Positions 58,266 to 64,000 of a stretch of 64,000 bases of DNA are shown piece after piece. The stretch comes from Podarcis bocagei (Eukaryota): assembly GCA_964188305.1 (NCBI GenBank), contig OZ076885.1. One strand, 5' to 3'. The notes below the pieces were generated by a model, which made no database searches, was not told the origin of the DNA, and saw only the letters and a list, made by a program, of their open reading frames with translations. Every line of letters starts with the position of its first letter. Positions within the stretch are counted from its first letter, which is position 1. A program made the position numbers and the translations under genes.

Positions 58266-58670
58266 CAGGGGGATTGCAACCAACAAGTCATCTAACTGAA
58301 TGACCTTGTCCTCCTTTTCCAATTGCAGGATGCCTCCGCTGTAGCCATGTTGTTGCTAAGGTTTGTTGTACTTTGTTGCAGCCCAGTTCCAAGACTGCAC
58401 GCAATGTGGTCAACATGAGTGCATTGGCATTATTAGAACTCCAAAAATATAACTATGATGCAAGCTACTCTGCTAAGAGAAAATGCTCTCAATTGTCTGG
58501 ACACAATAAGAAAGGCATTGTGTTTGGATTATAGAAGCTGCCCATTGTTCTGGTTTAAAGCTTTAAGACAAATCTTTGTTTCATAACATCACTGTAAGTT
58601 ACTTACACTTTCAGGGTAGAATATTTATAAGGCATTTGAAGCCTCACTGGGGTTTAACTGTTCTTAGAGC

Positions 58671-58865
58671 ATGGGGCAGCTCCACACTGGTAACATGAAA
58701 GGAACAGAGGTGGCAGAATTACAGGATATGTACAAAAAGTTTGTTCTAGAATGCCCCAGCGGAGGTCTCCATTTGCATGAATTTAAGCAGTTTTTTGGCA
58801 TTACCAGCCAGAGTGAAGCATCTGAATATGCTGAGAATGCATTTAAATCCTTTGACACGAATGGG
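58671..58865 (+). CDS. GCAP2-like exon 1
   Basis: agcATGg; MGQLHTG...[21 protein letters not shown]...FDTNG |gtgagt. Confidence 0.93.
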
Positions 58866-61800
58866 GTGAGTATAATTTTCAAAAACACTTGTAGATAACT
58901 TCTGTGTACATCCATCTAATTCAGGTTGGAGGCTTATTATCCTAGAAGCACCCAGCAAAAATTATGATTGTTCTGCCATTTCTGTTTGGATAATTTTAAA
59001 AATATTGATGTTTTCAAGTGATTGCTTTTCTATTAATGTTTCAGGATAACATGATAGACTTTTTGGAATACGTAGCAATTTTAAACCTAGTACTCAGAGG
59101 GAAACTTGAGCACAAACTGAAGTGGTCATTTAAAGTGTACGACACCAACAGGAATGGCTTTCTTGATAAGGCTGAACTAAGGAAAATGGTGAAGGTAAGA
59201 AGTCCTTCTAGAGGAAGAGGGGCCCCAGCAACGACTTGGCAGGATTACGCCAAACCATGAGATTGGTTGAACCTCTTTACCATGAATTATTATTTATTTC
59301 ACTGCATCTGCATCCCACCTATTCTCCAAGGAGCTCAAGGTGGTGCTCATGATTCTCCCTGTCTTCACACAATCCCAACAACCCTGCGAAGTAGGTTAGG
59401 CTGAGAGGTGGCGTCTGGAGGAAGGCCATCCAGTGAGCTTCATGTGAGATCCAGTCATGAATTTCCCACAATAATGGAGTGTCTCACCCCAGAGAAGTTG
59501 CACCAGATCTTGGCCAGTGTGTGTGTCATTAATGCACACATAGTAGGAGTATTGATTTGTGCAAGAAGATTTATCATACATTGCTTAATACCCAAACAGT
59601 CTCTAAGTGGTTTGCAAAAGGATTTGCATGGACTGCCAGTTTGTTACCAGGCCAAGTCAAGGTTTTACTGCTGGTATATAAAACTGCTAATGGCTTGGGA
59701 CTAGTTTACTTGCGACATTATCTTGCCTCATACATACCTGTTCAACCACTTTGATCAACGGAATTTGAAGTTTACAAATGCCATATAATGTTTGTTCTGC
59801 ATTTGAGAGGAACAATTTTTTTACTGCAGCAAAATCTATCCTTTACAATGCCCTGCCTACTGACATTAGGCAAATGCTCTCACTACTGTAAATTGATTTA
59901 GGTGCCTGCTGAAATCCTGTTTATTTCAGCAAGCCTACCCAGGCATGGGTTTTAGTTCGCTATGTTTGTTACTTTCTACCCCTGCCTTCGTCCCCTTCCT
60001 CTCCTATTTCCCTTGTGTGTTGACAACCAATTTGTAAGTGACTTTGTAAAGTGCCATGTATGGACGGTGCCATATAAATACGTGTGCTTTTTTTAATTAT
60101 TAAATTAATTTCTCCCAGAGTGTCTATAATGTCAAACAAGGATGGGCAAGAAATATGGATACTCAGATGTCAACCCTGGAGGAAGTGTGTAACAGAATAT
60201 TTCAACTTATGGATGAAAATAATGATGGTAAATGTACTTTATTGTTAGAATTATCTGTGGGCTTCCAAAAAGTGGCAGTGGCTTGTAAGTGAAAGTGGGT
60301 CCAATGGCTCTGCATTTGCTGTAGAGGGGGAAGTGAGGGGCAGATTGGGCTCGTCAGCCTGGGCAAGTACCGTATTTTTTGCTCTATAACACGCACCAGA
60401 CCATAACACGCACGTAGTTTTTAGAGGAGGAAAACAAGAAAAAAAATATTCTAAACGAAATAGTGGATATACAGTGGTGCCTCGCAAGATGAAATTAATT
60501 CGTTCCGAGAGTTTTTTCGTCTTGCGGTTTTTTTGTCTTGCGAAGCATGGTGTCGGAAAAGTTTTGGAAAAGCTTCAAAAATCACCAAAAACCTCAAAAA
60601 AGGCTACCACACCGCGTTCTATGAGTTGCTCCTCGAAGTCAAGTCGTAACTGTATTAACGGTGTTAAGAAAAAGGAAACAAATTGCAAGACGTTTTCGTC
60701 TTGCGAAGCAAGCCTATAGGGAAATTCGTCTTGCGAAGCAGCTTAAAAACCGCAAAACCCTTTCGTCTAGCGAGTTTTTCATCTTGCGAGGCATTCGTCT
60801 TGCGGGGCACCACTGTATGATTTTTGTGGTTCATGCTGTGGCCACAGACATGTGATCTGACAGTGTGTTTGGAGTAGCCCAATGCAAAAATCCTGAGGAT
60901 CCATGTGGATCCATGCTTTGTAACCACGGAGGAGGGAAGGAAGGGGAATCATGGATCCTCTGCTCACGACTGCAGCAGATCCCCCCCGCCACCCGCAGGC
61001 ATTCGCTCCATAACATGCACAGACATTTCCCCTTACCTTCTAGGAGGAAAAAAGTGAGTGTTATGGTGCAAAAAATACGGTAGCTCTTCTAGGAGAAGGA
61101 ATCTCTGATCCCAAACTTCCACTGCTTTGTAGGGTATCTTTGAGAGAAAAATGGTTAGGGAGTAAACCCTACATAATTCCAGAGTAGAGTCCCTAACACA
61201 GGTGGCACCTTGTACACCTCCTTCCGGCAACTCCTGCAGCCAAGCTGTTGCCAAATGTGTCACTCTGCTGTCTTTTGGACCACATCAGTGAGTCTTGTAG
61301 TCTGGGCAGCCCAGGACCTCCACACACACTGCCCAGGTTTGTGTCCTGGGTAGGTCACCTTGGTGCGGCTTACACAGTGGTTTGACTTCACCCCTGACTT
61401 CACTCCACTGTCTTCTGAGACAGAGAGATGCCAACAATTCCTCTTTGAACAAATATGTTGAGATATACTACCTGGGAACAATGCTGACCATTCGGAAAAA
61501 ATGAACTGGCAAGTTTTAGCTTTCAGGCTCACTGCCAAAAAAGGAAAGTGCCAGGCTGTTTCTCCCCCAGCATCTGTGTCTTTTAGCTGTGCACTTTAAG
61601 TGAATGGATGGCTTTTGTATTAGGTGCTACTCCCATATCTGCTCCAAAAGTGAAGGGTTCTGTTCTGGACCCACAAAAGAGTGCTGGGCTCAACCCTAGG
61701 CTAATCATCCAAATATTCTGGCTTCTGCCTCTAGGCCCTGTCAGGTACCACACTTTAAGTTCAAGAGCCTGCAAGCTCTAATATTGTTCCATAACACAGT

Positions 61801-63739
61801 GCCGTCAGTGCAGTCATATTTTCAGTATAACACAGAAATACTAGTTTTCAGACATATCTCTGCTCTTGACACATCACGTTTCAAGAATAGAAGACAAATA
61901 TTTGAAGCCATTTGGCTCGAATGCTATTCATATCAACAGACTGTTGCATGCTATGTAGCTCACTAATTTGTGGATGAAGACCTGCATTTTGAGAATTAAT
62001 CATACAGGGCTTAAACCGTCCTAGCCAGGAGTGAGAGGAACTCCTCTGTCCAGAAGCTCCCACATACCCACTGCCTCTCTGTAGCTTCCAGTTTTAGCAC
62101 AGCAGCCTGGTCAGTTTTATACTAAAGCTTTGCTGCTGAGAGAGAAGTGCCCTCCAGGCTCTGCCTATTGCTGGATCCTCTCTCTCCGCCCAGGGAAACA
62201 CATAACAGTTTGCAAACTATTTGCAGAGCCCTCTCATTTTGCCTTCCAGTTTTTGGTTACACTGGTGTGTGACGGAGTCTTGAGCATTAGCTGTTATGGA
62301 CGCTTGGTTGCTGCCAGTTATGCAAGACTGGCAAATGCCACTAACTTTACAGCTGTTTGTTCAGAGGCAAGTCCCACCTTATTCAATGGGACGTCCTCCC
62401 TTGAAAGTTTGTTTAGGATTGCAGCCTAAGTTAATTATCTAGGGGAATTTGGGAAGAATGGCCAATCATGTAGAAAAGAGGGCTAAGCTTTTCTGATAAT
62501 GCTTCAGCTGTGAGCTATGATATATACACAATAGAGGTTATCGAAATAAGACTTCTCAGGACAGCTGCTCAGTTGCATAACTGTTTGGCTGGCAGAACAA
62601 TACAGTTCTTAGTGACTCACTTAAAAGACTCCCTGGGAGGAACCTAAGAGTCACCAAAACTATACAGAAAATAATGTTTTGACTTTATTGTTTATTAAGA
62701 AGTATCCTGGTTAAAAACTGAGGTCAGTGGCTTGGCTTCAGGAAACTGCAAGTACAACATGCCCCCATGGCTCCTCTTGTCCTTCCATGTCTGACCAACA
62801 ATGGCTGGTAGGAAGAAGAGCTGCAAAGCAACACTCTGCATTTGTTTCCCCTTTCTGTTGCTCCCATTTCCGCTATGTAAATGGGAATAATACTGGCCCA
62901 TCGTATAATATGATGGAGCTCAGCAAATGAAGTACTTTGTATGTAAGATAATATTCATTTATGGGTAATGATAACAGATAATCTACTTTGGTCTTTCCGT
63001 GGCAGAACAAGACTCCACTCTACAGAACACTTGCTCTGAAGCAAAGATGTCAAACTCAAAGAGCTCAGAGGAACAAATTTCATGCTTAGTAGAGGACCAG
63101 GAGTGTCACAGGCATATTTTCACCAACAAATGTAGTAAGATGCCAAACCACCAATTTCAATCTGATATACAACTAAAGGGCTGGGGGGCTTAAGCTCTCT
63201 TTCTTTAAACATTTATAGCAGTAAAAGGGAAATAAATGAAATATTGCTGTGCTCTGGGGGCTCCTAAAGCAAATTTCCTGAGTAACCATAACTACTCACC
63301 CATCTGGGAATGCACAGCAATTCTCTTCTTAGAATATACACTGCAGTCACTACACTATTCAGTAAGAGCAAATGGCAAGCCATCCCTTCCATGATACGAA
63401 AGGCGTTGGCTTCCCAGTCCCAAAGATGATTCTGACCTTTGTTGTGTACACGGGAGATTCCTTAAAGTTCTGATGTATCTCCTAGCTTGTGTTTGATACC
63501 CTGATCTACTAGTTTACGGTAAGTTATGGCAGAACCTCTTTTAATCCATTTTTGAAATTATTCTTCCAGGAAAAATTTCACTGAAAGAGTTTGTTGATGG
63601 AGTGCAAAGAGATGAGTGGGTAAGGAAAATGTTAAACATAGATCCCACAGAATGGATCCTTGAACACCAAAGAAAAAAGAATGCAGATGAAAAGGACCAA
63701 ACACTGGAGGAGAAAGACATGTCATCAGACCTTCCCTAG
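58671..63739 (+). CDS. Guanylyl cyclase-activating protein 2-like (GCAP2/GUCA1B paralog; neuronal calcium sensor), 207 aa
   Basis: Exons 58671-58865, 59045-59194, 60119-60227, 63570-63739 (624 nt) follow the 4-exon GCAP layout. Motifs: MGQLHT myristoylation site, disabled EF1 (ECPSG), EF2 [14 protein letters not shown]3 [14 protein letters not shown]4 DENNDGKISLKE, and GCAP2-type VAELQ, LNLVLRG-x-LEHKLKW, RD-x-WV-x-KML. Confidence 0.93.
59045..59194 (+). CDS. GCAP2-like exon 2
   Basis: tttcag| [50 protein letters not shown] |gtaaga; 150 nt. Confidence 0.94.
59290..59444 (-). mobile_element. older CORE-type SINE fragment
   Basis: CAACAACCCTGCGAAGTAGGTTAGGCTGAGAG...CCAGTGAGCTTCATG body; truncated at 59444. 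Confidence 0.6.
60119..60227 (+). CDS. GCAP2-like exon 3
   Basis: ctcccag| [36 protein letters not shown] |gtaaat; not in the ORF track. Confidence 0.9.
60370..61080. mobile_element. pogo/Tigger-like MITE (same family as 49262) in GCAP2-like intron 3
   Basis: TA|CCGTATTTTTTGC...GCAAAAAATACGG|TA. Confidence 0.85.
60472..60815. mobile_element. Tc1/mariner MITE nested in the previous element
   Basis: TA|CAGTGGTGCCTCGCAAGA...TCTTGCGGGGCACCACTG|TA; internal TCGTCTTGCG repeats. Confidence 0.88.
63570..63739 (+). CDS. GCAP2-like exon 4
   Basis: cttccag| [55 protein letters not shown]; not in the ORF track. Confidence 0.9.
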
Positions 63740-64000
63740 CATTGGTTATTGTATGTGAAATATTTTCAGCATGATGGCCCTTTGATCCCATGAAATGAGA
63801 AGTACAAAATGGGTCAAGGCATTTTAGCTATTATATAATCTAAGGAGTAGTTATGAAGTTGAGTACTATCTCTTGATCATTTTCCAGAATAACATCTTTC
63901 AGATAACGAAGCAGAAAAAATAGGTTCCAAGGGTATGTGATATCCTAACATATCAGAGATATTAACCTGAACATATTTCCAGAATATTTCTGTCTGAGAA

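Larger units (their letters stand above)
57835..59471 (+). repeat. perfect 27-bp direct repeat pair (57835-57861 and 59445-59471)
   Basis: TGAGATCCAGTCATGAATTTCCCACAA occurs twice, 1610 bp apart. Confidence 0.9.

Overview
Vertebrate genomic DNA from a squamate, most likely a lacertid lizard (inferred from Sauria SINEs, BovB, L2/CR1 LINEs and many hAT and Tc1/mariner MITEs). I assembled four intact, spliced protein-coding genes by hand, all on the + strand, with GT-AG introns and consistent phases. (1) FBXO3: 11 coding exons, 9075-25310, 454 aa. (2) CD59 paralog A: 33124-35898, 119 aa. (3) CD59 paralog B: 45980-51855, 121 aa. The two CD59 genes are only about 40% identical in the mature domain and each has its own CpG-island promoter. 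(4) A GCAP2/GUCA1B-like EF-hand calcium sensor: 4 exons, 58671-63739, 207 aa, in a neighbourhood different from canonical GUCA1B. FBXO3 intron 6 carries an antisense BovB (RTE) LINE with an uninterrupted endonuclease plus reverse transcriptase ORF. The best leads are the divergent GCAP2-like paralog (altered EF3, missing C-terminal phosphoserine, acidic tail), the anciently duplicated CD59 pair, a TIR element that appears to have captured about 1 kb of host DNA, nested transposon stacks, and hAT MITEs at the promoters. There are no prokaryotic features, CRISPR arrays, rRNA or true tRNA genes. Most short ORFs in the supplied track are spurious. Orthology and repeat-family names come from recalled sequences, not database searches.
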